From NCBI GenBank assembly GCA_023426345.1, contig JAFAAX010000006.1:35883-99882 (forward strand): DNA of 64,000 bases, given 5' to 3'. Positions 1 through 9,500 of this stretch are shown here, in pieces. This DNA is from Actinomycetes bacterium. GTDB lineage: Bacteria; Actinomycetota; Actinomycetes; Actinomycetales; Actinomycetaceae. The position numbers and the translations under genes were made by a program. Under the pieces are notes generated by a model. It had not been told where the DNA came from. It made no database searches and worked only from the letters and a program-made list of their open reading frames with translations. Positions within the stretch are counted from its first letter, which is position 1, and every line of letters begins with the position of its first letter.

Positions 1-540
1 GTGACGTTCAGCACGTTGCTCGACCTCGCCGGAGCCTCAGAGCCAGGGGCGCGAGGCGTCCTCGTGCTCCCGCACTTCGCGGGGGAACGCACGCCCTTCC
101 AGGATCCGTCCAGCCGGGGAGCCGTGATCGGCCTGGGGCTTCAGCACACTCGTGCGGATGTCGCCCGCGCCGTCCTCGAAGGAGTGGGGCACTCCGTTGC
201 GGAGGCGATCCTCACCTACAAGTCGGAGAACATCCCGATCTCCCGGGTCATCGCCGTGGGCGGCGCGACGAAGAACCTGTACATCGTCGGAACCGTCTCC
301 TCGATCACCGGCCTCGATCAGGAGATGCCCGGGACTCGGGGAGCCTGCTACGGGGACGCCTTCCTGGCCGCCCTCGGCGTCGGGGCGGTGCCTGGCCCGC
401 AGGCGATCTCCTCCTGGCTCGGGCCGGGCCCCGTGGTCGGGCCTGACGCCGCCTCGGTCGCCCGGCTCAGAACTGACCACCGCGACTACCTGGACCTGTA
501 CCGGGCACTTGAACGACTCAACCATCGGAGGTCCCAATGA
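1..540 (+). CDS. FGGY-family carbohydrate kinase, C-terminal part (5' end outside window)
   Basis: FGGY_C motifs LPHFAGERTP, RAVLEGV, VGGATK; stop overlaps next ATG (ATGA 537-540). Confidence 0.85.
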   Translation: MTFSTLLDLAGASEPGARGVLVLPHFAGERTPFQDPSSRGAVIGLGLQHTRADVARAVLEGVGHSVAEAILTYKSENIPISRVIAVGGATKNLYIVGTVSSITGLDQEMPGTRGACYGDAFLAALGVGAVPGPQAISSWLGPGPVVGPDAASVARLRTDHRDYLDLYRALERLNHRRSQ

Positions 541-1652
541 GAACCGAACCTGATATCGACTGGCGGGCGATCGCCCTCATGGTGGCTGACGGCCTCCGCA
601 TTGCGTCGGGGGACCGCGTCTCCGTCTTTGTGACCGACACCGCCGTAATGGATGCGGCCAGAGCCTTCGTCGACGTGTGCTGGCAGCGAGGCGCGGTCCC
701 GCAGGTGCTGGCCACTGACGAGAAGTTCGATGACAGCGCGCTGCGCTTCGCGAGTCGGGAGGTCCTGGCTCAGGCGCCGCCGCTGGAGGTGGCGGCGATG
801 GAATGGTCGGATGTCCACGTCTCCTTCCGCGCCATGACACGACCGGCGGCGGGCTCCTCCCCGGAGAGGATCGCGGCTCTCCGACATGCTCGTGGGATCG
901 TCTCCACCATGCGTTGGCAACGCACACGGTGGGCGATCGTGCGTGTTCCAACCGCCGAGTGGGCGGTCGCCACCGGTGTGGACCCGGATCGGCTCTTCAC
1001 CGAGTGGAGGGAATCCTTCCAGGCCGACTGGGCCGACGGAGCGGTCCGAATGGGGCACCTGTGCCGCAGGCTGGACGAGTGCTCGACCGTGGTCATCGCC
1101 GACGGATGGGGGGCCCTTGAGCTCCCCACCGCCGGGCGGACGTGGGTGCCGTTCTCCGGCACCGCGAACTGGCCGGACGGGGAGATCGCCACGGCCCCGC
1201 TCGAGGACGAGGTGCGGGGGCGCATCTGCTTTCCGGGGAGGTTCGCCTTCGCGGGCACGTGGATCCGTGACCTCGAACTCGAGTTCGAGGACGGCGCGGT
1301 CGTCAGGGAGTCCGCGGCGGAGGGGATCGAACTCGTGAGCAGGCTGCTCGACACGGACGAGGGCGCCCGGCGGGTCGGGGAACTCGGCATCGGGACCAAC
1401 GCGGCGCTTCGCACGATGACCGGAGATCTCCTCATCGACGAGAAGATCCTGGGCACGGTCCACATCGCATTGGGACGCGCCTATCCCGAGTGCGGTGGAG
1501 TCAATCAGTCGGCCCTGCACTGGGACATCGTCAAGGACTTGAGAATCAAGGGGCGCAGCGGCTCCGTTCGCGCGGACGCCATGTGGCTCGTCCACGACGG
1601 GTCCGTCGAGGAGCCGCTTCGCTCGGCGGCGGTTGCCGGCGGAAGCGTCTGA
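537..1652 (+). CDS. M29-family (AmpS/AmpT-like) metallo-aminopeptidase
   Basis: [38 protein letters not shown] motifs; RBS GGAGG upstream. Confidence 0.85.
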   Translation: MRTEPDIDWRAIALMVADGLRIASGDRVSVFVTDTAVMDAARAFVDVCWQRGAVPQVLATDEKFDDSALRFASREVLAQAPPLEVAAMEWSDVHVSFRAMTRPAAGSSPERIAALRHARGIVSTMRWQRTRWAIVRVPTAEWAVATGVDPDRLFTEWRESFQADWADGAVRMGHLCRRLDECSTVVIADGWGALELPTAGRTWVPFSGTANWPDGEIATAPLEDEVRGRICFPGRFAFAGTWIRDLELEFEDGAVVRESAAEGIELVSRLLDTDEGARRVGELGIGTNAALRTMTGDLLIDEKILGTVHIALGRAYPECGGVNQSALHWDIVKDLRIKGRSGSVRADAMWLVHDGSVEEPLRSAAVAGGSV

Positions 1653-1788
1653 AGCCTGGTCCCGTCCATGCGTGAGGGCGCTTCGCCTCTGCACCGGGTC
1701 GGTGTCCGGTACGGCAGCGGCAGGGCGAGTCGGCGACGGATCCCGGACGGCCCTGCGGCGGGCGAGGGACGGTCGCGACAATGGGGGC

Positions 1789-2847
1789 ATGACGCAGATG
1801 CTCAACCTGGCAGTGATCCCCGGCGACGGCATCGGGCTGGAGGTGGTCCCCGAAGGGCTCAAGGTCCTCGACGCCGCGCTGTCCGGTGCGGGCGTCGAGG
1901 TCCGCGCGACGCCCTTCGATCTGGGAGCCGCACGGTGGCACCGCACCGGGGAGACGCTGACCGACGACGACCTGGCGTCCCTCAAGACCTTCGAAGCGAT
2001 CCTGCTGGGGGCGGTCGGGGATCCCTCGGTCCCCTCCGGCGTGCTGGAGCGCGGACTGCTGCTCCGCCTGCGCTTCGAGCTGGACCAGTACGTCAATCTG
2101 CGCCCGTCCGTGCTCTACCCCGGCGTTCCGACCCCGCTGGCGGAGCCCGGAGACATCGACTTCGTGGTGGTGCGCGAGGGCACGGAGGGCCTCTACTGCG
2201 GCAACGGGGGAGCGGTCCGCGTGGGCACTCCCCACGAGATCGCGACCGAGGTCTCCGTCAACACCGCCTTCGGCGTCGAGCGCGTCGTCCGCTATGCCTT
2301 CACGAGGGCGGCCGCGCGCCCGGCCCATCACCTCACACTGGTTCACAAGACGAATGTGCTGGTCAACGCCGGCGGATTGTGGAAGCGCACCGTGGACCGC
2401 GTGGCCGAGGAGTTCCCTGAGGTGAGCGTGGACTATTCGCATGTCGATGCCGCCACGATCTACATGGTGACCGACCCCGGCCGATTCGACGTCATCGTCA
2501 CGGACAATCTGTTCGGCGACATCCTCACTGACGAGGCCGGCGCCGTCACCGGCGGGATCGGCCTGGCCGCCTCCGGCAACATCAATCCGGAGGGCGCGTT
2601 CCCTTCCATGTTCGAGCCCGTGCACGGCTCCGCGCCGGATATCGCCGGGCAGGGGATCGCCGACCCGACGGCGACGATCGCCTCGGTGGCTCTGATGCTG
2701 GACCACCTGGGGTACGCCACGGAGGCCGGACGCGTCCAGGCGGCGATCTCGGCCGACATGGCGGAGCGTGCTGCCGCGGCCTCGGCCGGCTCGCCGCTGG
2801 TGCGGTCGACCAGTGAGATCGGGCAGGCGATCGCCGCGCTCGTGTGA
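1789..2847 (+). CDS. leuB: 3-isopropylmalate dehydrogenase
   Basis: [37 protein letters not shown] 1789 lies 6 nt after GACAAT (likely leaderless). Confidence 0.95.
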   Translation: MTQMLNLAVIPGDGIGLEVVPEGLKVLDAALSGAGVEVRATPFDLGAARWHRTGETLTDDDLASLKTFEAILLGAVGDPSVPSGVLERGLLLRLRFELDQYVNLRPSVLYPGVPTPLAEPGDIDFVVVREGTEGLYCGNGGAVRVGTPHEIATEVSVNTAFGVERVVRYAFTRAAARPAHHLTLVHKTNVLVNAGGLWKRTVDRVAEEFPEVSVDYSHVDAATIYMVTDPGRFDVIVTDNLFGDILTDEAGAVTGGIGLAASGNINPEGAFPSMFEPVHGSAPDIAGQGIADPTATIASVALMLDHLGYATEAGRVQAAISADMAERAAAASAGSPLVRSTSEIGQAIAALV

Positions 2848-2962
2848 GGAGGAGGCAGGCCCCGGAATCCGGCCACGCGCGCGCCGGCGGAGCCAGCGCG
2901 CATGGAGACGCGTCTGGTCCGGACCTCACTGGCCTGCCACGTCAGTTGGTAGACTGCGTGCC

Positions 2963-3196
2963 ATGAGAACGACCATGGATAGGGCCGGACGATTGGTCAT
3001 TCCGGCCCCGCTTCGGAGCCGGATCGGCCTGGACGCAGGCAGCGTCGACATTGAGATCGACGGCAACGGGCTGCGCATTGCACCGGTGCCTGCCGGTTCC
3101 CTGCGGGAGCAGGACGGCCTGCTGGTCGTCTCGGGCGACGCGGAGGCGCCGACCACTGAGGAGATCCGGAAGCTTCGTCTTGCCGATCAGCGCTGA
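2963..3196 (+). CDS. vapB: AbrB/MazE-fold antitoxin (VapB-like)
   Basis: MRTTMDRAGRLVIPAPLR swapped-hairpin signature; overlaps a PIN gene; TAGACT 7 nt before ATG. Confidence 0.85.
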   Translation: MRTTMDRAGRLVIPAPLRSRIGLDAGSVDIEIDGNGLRIAPVPAGSLREQDGLLVVSGDAEAPTTEEIRKLRLADQR

Positions 3197-3587
3197 CCTC
3201 TTGCTCGACACGTCCGCCGCCGTGTCGCTGGTGCTGCCGGCGCATGATCATCATGAGGAGGCGGTCAGGGCCACGTCCGGGCAGCAACTCGGACTGGCGG
3301 GCCATGCAGTGGTCGAGACGTTCTCGGTGCTCACCCGCCTCCCGCCGGCGTGGCGTCTCACGCACTCCGATGCGCTCCGCCTGATTCGCACCGACTTTCC
3401 GTTCTCAGTCGCGCTGCGCATGAGCGCCCAGGAGGCCCTGGACCATGCCGTCCGAGCGGGAGCGTCCGGGGGACAGGTCTACGACGTGTTGGTGGGACTC
3501 GCGGCTGTTGAGGCGGGCCTTCCTCTGCTCAGTTTCGACGCTCGCGCGGTTCGCCTCTATCGCTTGATCGGCGTGCCTCTGATCTGA
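3180..3587 (+). CDS. vapC: PIN-domain toxin (VapC-like)
   Basis: LLLDTS, VVETFSVLTRLP, GGQVYDVLVG, LLSFDARA; TTG start at 3180 inferred. Confidence 0.85.
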   Translation: MPISADLLLDTSAAVSLVLPAHDHHEEAVRATSGQQLGLAGHAVVETFSVLTRLPPAWRLTHSDALRLIRTDFPFSVALRMSAQEALDHAVRAGASGGQVYDVLVGLAAVEAGLPLLSFDARAVRLYRLIGVPLI

Positions 3588-3749
3588 CTGTGGGCCTGTT
3601 GCCTGCCAGTGGCCGAGATCTGTGGACCCCGCGCTGTTCGCGGCCGCCGTCGGCTCCGAGCCGGTCGTCCCGCGCTCCCATACGAAGGTCCGATTCCCTC
3701 CGCTTCACGCGTCGTCCGACTCGGCTGAGGACTGAGGTCCGCCGGCCGC

Positions 3750-3808
3750 GGGGTCGCCCTCGTCGCGCGGCCGCATGACGGTCGGTGCCCACGGACGAGG
3801 GCGGCCCC
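3750..3808. repeat. Inverted pair of the GACGAGGRCG dispersed motif
   Basis: GGGGTCGCCCTCGTC (3750-3764) and GACGAGGGCGGCCCC (3794-3808). Confidence 0.75.
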
Positions 3809-3853
3809 TGGCTACGCTGGAGGCCATCACCACTCGTCGAGGAGGAGAACCCG

Positions 3854-5002
3854 ATGGCACCGCAGGCGCATGTCCCCACGGAACTTGAGAAGTTGGGCGA
3901 CCAGGCGATCCCGGGGGCCGACGCGGTAGCGGGACGTTTCCCCCTGACCCCGAACCCACACCCCGCGGACGAGGCGGAGCACAGTCGGATCATGGACAAG
4001 CTGGCCTTCGGCCAGGATTTCACCGACCACATGGCGCACATGCGCTGGGTGCGCGGCGAGGGATGGCAGGACCGCGGAGTCATCCCGTTCGGTCCGCTCG
4101 GCCTCACGCCCGCCGCCGCGGTGCTCCACTACTCCCAGTCGGTCTTCGAGGGCATCAAGGCCTACCGCCACGCCGACGGGTCGGTGTGGACGTTCCGGCC
4201 CGGCTTCAACGCCGCCCGCATCAACCATTCGGCGCGCCGCATGGCCCTGCCGGAGATCGACCGCGAGGACTTCATCGGCTCCCTGGTCGACTACGTGCGC
4301 GCGGATGAGCGGTGGGTGCCCGGCGTGGACGGGTCGTCGCTGTACCTGCGGCCCTTCATGTTCGGCTCGAAGGACTTCGTCGGGGTGCACTCCTCCGACG
4401 TGGTCGACTACTACGTCATCGGATCCCCGTCCGGCCCCTACTTCACCGGCGGCTTCCAGCCCGTGTCCATCTGGGTGGCCAAGGGCTACCACCGGGCCGG
4501 CCCCGGCGGCACCGGCTCCGCCAAGGCCGGCGGCAACTACGCCGCGTCCCTGCTGCCCCAGGAGCAGGCCGCCGAGAAGGGGTTCTCCCAGGTGTGCTTC
4601 CTGGACACCTACGAGGAGAAGTACCTGGAGGAGCTCGGCGGGATGAACGTGTTCGTCGTGAGGGAGGACGGCACCGTGCGCACCCCGGAGCTCACCGGTG
4701 TCATCCTCGAGGGCGGGACGCGCTCCGCGCTGCTGCGCATGCTGCGCGGGCAGGGCGTGGAGGTCCGCGAGGAGCGGATCGCGCTCGCGGACGTCGTCGA
4801 CGGCGTCACGTCGGGTGCGGTCACGGAGATCTTCGCGTGCGGGACCGCCGCCGTGGTCACCCCGATCGGCCGGCTGGCCGGCGACGACTTCGACGTGTCC
4901 GTTCCTGCGGGGCCCGTCACGGAGCGCGCCTACCACGATCTGGTCGACATCCAGATGGGCCGCGTGCCCGACCCCTACGGGTGGACGTACCGGATCTGCT
5001 GA
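3854..5002 (+). CDS. ilvE: Branched-chain amino acid aminotransferase
   Basis: LHYSQSVFEGIKAY, AKAGGNYAASL, EELGGMN, FACGTAAV; RBS GGAGGAG. Confidence 0.95.
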   Translation: MAPQAHVPTELEKLGDQAIPGADAVAGRFPLTPNPHPADEAEHSRIMDKLAFGQDFTDHMAHMRWVRGEGWQDRGVIPFGPLGLTPAAAVLHYSQSVFEGIKAYRHADGSVWTFRPGFNAARINHSARRMALPEIDREDFIGSLVDYVRADERWVPGVDGSSLYLRPFMFGSKDFVGVHSSDVVDYYVIGSPSGPYFTGGFQPVSIWVAKGYHRAGPGGTGSAKAGGNYAASLLPQEQAAEKGFSQVCFLDTYEEKYLEELGGMNVFVVREDGTVRTPELTGVILEGGTRSALLRMLRGQGVEVREERIALADVVDGVTSGAVTEIFACGTAAVVTPIGRLAGDDFDVSVPAGPVTERAYHDLVDIQMGRVPDPYGWTYRIC

Positions 5003-5115
5003 GACCGCGGGCCGAGGGGTGGGCGGACTTCGCGGGGGAGGGGCGGGCGCGCCGGTAGGATCGCCTCCATGATGGGAGCCGTGCGCCGGGAGCGCCGAAC
5101 GGGACAGGAGCCGAT

Positions 5116-6357
5116 GTGGAACGCCTGATCGGATGGCGCAAGGCCGACGACTGGGGCTCGCCGAGCTCCGTTCCGCGGTTCCTGGGGGAGCCCGCCGACG
5201 GGACGCCCGTCTCCGAGGTCTGGTTCGGCAGTCATCCCGTCGGCCCCGCTCGGATCGCCGCAGGCCCGGGCGCCGGAGCGACCTTGGCGGACCGCATCCG
5301 CCGGGACCCGCGGGAGGCTCTGGGGAAGGGCATCCTCTACTCCTTCGGCCCGGAGCTGCCCTTCCTCATGAAGCTCATCGCCCCCGCGGAGGCGCTCAGC
5401 CTGCAGGTCCACCCCACCAAGGAGATCGCCCGCGAGGGATTCCTGCGCGAGAACGTCCTGGGCATCCCCCTCGACGATCCGCAGCGCACGTACAAGGACA
5501 TGAACCACAAGCCGGAGATGGTCTACGCCCTCACCGACTTCGAGGCGCTCGTCGGCTTCCGCGTGCCGCGCAAGGCGCGCGAGTTGCTGGACGGCCTGGA
5601 CGGGCGTCTCGCAGAGTCCCTGCGCCATCGCCTCCACCTGTCCACGGTGCGCGGGGGCCTGCGCTCGATGGCGGCCTGGCTGTTCGACGAGGACTCCCCG
5701 GCGACCCCGCAGGCCGTCGCTGAGTTCTCCGCCCAGTGCGCCGCCCGGCTGGAGGCCGGCACGTCGCCCTCGCGCCGCACGGACCGGCTGGTGTCCACCC
5801 TGGCGTCCACGCACCCGGGCGATCCGGGGATCCTGGTCGCCTTCCTCATGAACCCCGTCTCCCTGCGCGCCGGGGAGGCCGTCTACATCCCGCCGCGCCA
5901 GATCCACTCCTACCAGTCGGGACTCGGCGTGGAGGTCATGGCCGCCTCCGACAACGTCGTGCGGGCCGGCCTCACGCACAAGTATGTCGACGCGGCGCAA
6001 CTCATCGAGATCGCCGAGTTCTCCGCGCTGCCGCCCGTGCGCGTGGCGCCGGAGCACCCCACGGACACCACCGACCGCTTCCTGGTGCCCGCCCAGGAGT
6101 TCACGCTGTCCGTGACGCGCCTGGACGCCGCGCGCGGCGCGGTGGACATCCCCGGGGAGGGCCCCCGCATCGTGATGGGGGTGGAGGGGCGGGCCCGCCT
6201 GGCGGCGCACGGGCTCGTCGAGGCGCCGCTGCGGGAGACGTCCGCGGAGACGCTCGGCCGCGGGCAGGCCGTCTTCGTGCCCGCCTCCGACCGCCGGCTG
6301 TCCATCGAGGCGCAGGGCGACGCCGGCGCCTGCGTCATCCAGTGCGCCGTGCCGTGA
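5116..6357 (+). CDS. manA: Mannose-6-phosphate isomerase, class I
   Basis: EVWFGSHP, LSLQVHP, NHKPEM, IHSY, SDNVVRAGLT. Confidence 0.9.
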   Translation: MERLIGWRKADDWGSPSSVPRFLGEPADGTPVSEVWFGSHPVGPARIAAGPGAGATLADRIRRDPREALGKGILYSFGPELPFLMKLIAPAEALSLQVHPTKEIAREGFLRENVLGIPLDDPQRTYKDMNHKPEMVYALTDFEALVGFRVPRKARELLDGLDGRLAESLRHRLHLSTVRGGLRSMAAWLFDEDSPATPQAVAEFSAQCAARLEAGTSPSRRTDRLVSTLASTHPGDPGILVAFLMNPVSLRAGEAVYIPPRQIHSYQSGLGVEVMAASDNVVRAGLTHKYVDAAQLIEIAEFSALPPVRVAPEHPTDTTDRFLVPAQEFTLSVTRLDAARGAVDIPGEGPRIVMGVEGRARLAAHGLVEAPLRETSAETLGRGQAVFVPASDRRLSIEAQGDAGACVIQCAVP

Positions 6358-6360
6358 TCG

Positions 6361-6402
6361 GCGCGCCGACCGGAGGGCATGGGACGCCCCGGTCGGCGGC
6401 GC
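6361..6402 (+). terminator. GC-rich hairpin after manA
   Basis: CGCCGACCGG ... CCGGTCGGCG inverted repeat right after the stop. Confidence 0.5.
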
Positions 6403-6569
6403 GGTGAATTCGTGAGCCGGGCCTCACGCATTTCGGGTCGCGCTCTGGCCGCCTGACCGGTCGGAAACCGCAGAATCACACGTCAGGGCGCCTGTGGCGT
6501 GCGCCGGGGACGGCGGCTCGTACTGTGGGAGATGGCAGACCCAACGCTGAGCTGCCGGGAGGAAGAACG

Positions 6570-9500
6570 ATGTCGACGACGACCGCACCGCTGGCCCACA
6601 CCGCACAGCCCGGTGAACCGAACGCTCCGGAATACCCGGGCACCCCGAGCGTCATCAACGGAAACGGCGCGGTCGCGCACGTGATGAAGCACGTCTGCGG
6701 GGGCGTGATCGGGTACCCCATCACGCCGTCGACGGAGATCAGTGAGAACTTCGAGGCCGCGCTGGCCGAGGGGCAGCTCAACGTATGGGGCAAGCACCCC
6801 TTCTTCTTCGAGCCCGAGGGCGAGCACTCCGCCCAGTCCGGCGCCCTGGGCGCCGCGCTGACGGGCGGGCAGTTCATCTCCAACGCCTCCTCCAGCCAGG
6901 GCATCCTCTACGGCATGGAGTCCCACTTTGTCACCGTGGGCAAGCGGGCCGCGGGCTTCGTCCTCCAGGTGGCCGCGCGCGTCGTCTCGCGCCACTCCCT
7001 CAACGTCATGGCCGGCCACGACGACGTCTACGCCTTGCTGCCCGCCGGCTACACGACGTTCTTCGGGTCCAACCCGCAGGAGGCCGCCGACCTGGCGGCC
7101 ATCTCCTACCGGACGTCCGCGCTGTCCCTCATCCCCGTCGTCAACGCCTTCGACGGTTTCGCGACGTCCCACGTGATGAGCGAGGTCCGCCTGCCCGAGC
7201 CCGCCCTGCTCAAGGACTACCTGGGCGACCCCGCCGGGCGCATCCCGTGCCCCACCGCCGCCCAGGAGATGGTCTACGGCGCGAAGGGCCGCGTCTGGCA
7301 GCTCCAGCGCTGGCTCGACCGGCGGGCCGGCCAGTTCGAGTCCGCCGCGGACGTCGAGGCGCTGCGCGCCTGGCTGGACGCCCACGCGGACCAGATCGAG
7401 GCCGACAACGCCGGCGCGGATGCGGCCCCCACCCTCGAGCACATCCCCGTGGAGCTGCGCGACCAGTGGCGCCGCCAGTGGCTGGGCGCCTGGCAGAAGG
7501 GCACGCGCCAGACGGTGCCCGCCCTGGTCGATCCCGACAACCCCGGGCTGACCGGTCCCGTCCAGAACCAGCCCGACTTCCAGGCCGGCGTCATCGACCA
7601 GCGCACGCACTTCCTGGCCGACGTTCCTGCCCTGGCCCGCCGCGCGATGGAGGAGTACTCGCAGCTCACCGGGCGCCACTACCGGCCGCTGCAGACGGAG
7701 GGCCTCGAGGACGCCGACTACGTGTTCGTCGGGCTGGGCTCCGTGTGCGACGACGTCCGCGCCGTCCTGCCCCACCTGCGGGCACAGGGCCTCAAGGTCG
7801 GCCTGGTCGCCGTCACCCTGCTCCAGCCGTTCCCCGAGGCGGAGTTGGTCGAGGCGCTGTCGAACTGCCGGGCCGTCACCGTGCTGGAGCGCTCCGACCT
7901 GATGTCGCTCACGCACTTCGTCGAGGAGGCCCTGTTCAAGGGCGTGGCCTCGCGCTCCCATCCCGGGCGCTTCCCCGGCGTCCCGGCGCTGGCCGACGTG
8001 CCGCGTCTGACCACCGCCGTCTTCGGTCTGGGCGCCCACGACCTCCAGCCGTGCGACCTGGTGGCCGCCGCGGAGAACATGGCGGGGGACAACGCCTCCC
8101 CGCTGGTCTACCTGGGCTCGCGCTTCTTCGACGAGGACGCGACCGGCGCCTTCCAGGAGATGCAGAACCGGCTGGCCGCCGCCTACCCCGAGACCCGCCT
8201 GATGGCGCTGCCCGTGCGGGAGAACCCGCAGCTGCTCCCCGAGGGCGCGCTGCGCATCCGCTTCCACTCCGTGGGCGGCTACGGCACGATCGCCACGGGC
8301 AAGCTGATGACGGACACGCTGGCCGGGGCGCTCGGGATGTTCTCGAAGTCCGCTCCGAAGTACGGCTCGGAGAAGTCCGGCGCGCCGACGAACTACTACA
8401 TCACGCTGTCGCCGGAGCCCGTCCTGCTCACCAACGCCGAGTTGGAGGACGTCGAGGTCGTCCTGTGCCCCGACGGCCGCGTGTTCGACCACTCGAACCC
8501 CCTGAACGGCCTGGTCGAGGGCGGCACGCTGATCCTCCAGTCCAACCGCTCGCCCGAGGAGACCTGGCGGTCCCTGCCGCGCGCCGCGCGGCGCGCCATC
8601 CGCCAGCGCCGCATCCGCTTCGAGCTCATCGACGCCTTCGCCATCGCCGGACGCCACGCCCCCACTCCGGAGCTGGAGACCCGCATGATGGGCATCGCCT
8701 TCATCGGCGCGACCCTGGGCGGCGTCGACCGGATCCACGCGCGCACCTCGCCCGAGGAGCTCCACGAGAAGGTTCGCAGCCAGATCCAGAAGAAGTTCGG
8801 GTCCAAGGGCTCCACCGTGGTCGAAGGCAACATGGCGGTCATCGAGGAGGGGCTGACGGCCCTGGTCCCCGTCCCCTACGCGACCGCCGAGTACGAGGCC
8901 ATCGACGCCGAGCCCGACCCGGGCGAGCGGCTGGGCGCCGCCGTGTCGGCCTCGATGGCGCCGGCGGCCTGCGCGTCGTGCCACCTGTTCGACCCGGACT
9001 ACTTCGCCGACATCATGGGCGATGCCTTCCGCGCCGGCACGATCGGGCGCGCCCCGGTGATGCCCGGCGTCGGCTCGTTCCTGCCGACGGGGACGGCGGC
9101 CGGCAAGGACAAGGGCATGTTCCGCCGGAACGTCCCCGTCTTCGACGCCTCCCTGTGCACCGGCTGCATGGAGTGCGCGCTGGCCTGCCCGGACGCCGCG
9201 ATCCCCAATGCCGTCCACGAGCTGGACGCGCTGATCGCCACCGCGATCGCGCGGCTGGACGTGCCGGCCGAGCGCCGCGCCGCCCTGAGCGCGCAGACCC
9301 ACGCGATCGCCGAGCGTGTCCGCCGGGCCTACCGCGCCTCCAAGGACGCCGGGGCCTTCCCGGAACTGGTCGTCCAAGCCGTCGACGAGCTGACCCCCTC
9401 CGACGACTTCCGGCTGCGCCACGACTTCGACGCGGTCGCCGAGGTCCTCGCCCAGCTGCCCGTCGCCCGCACGCGGCCCTTCTTCGACGCCATGGAGAAC

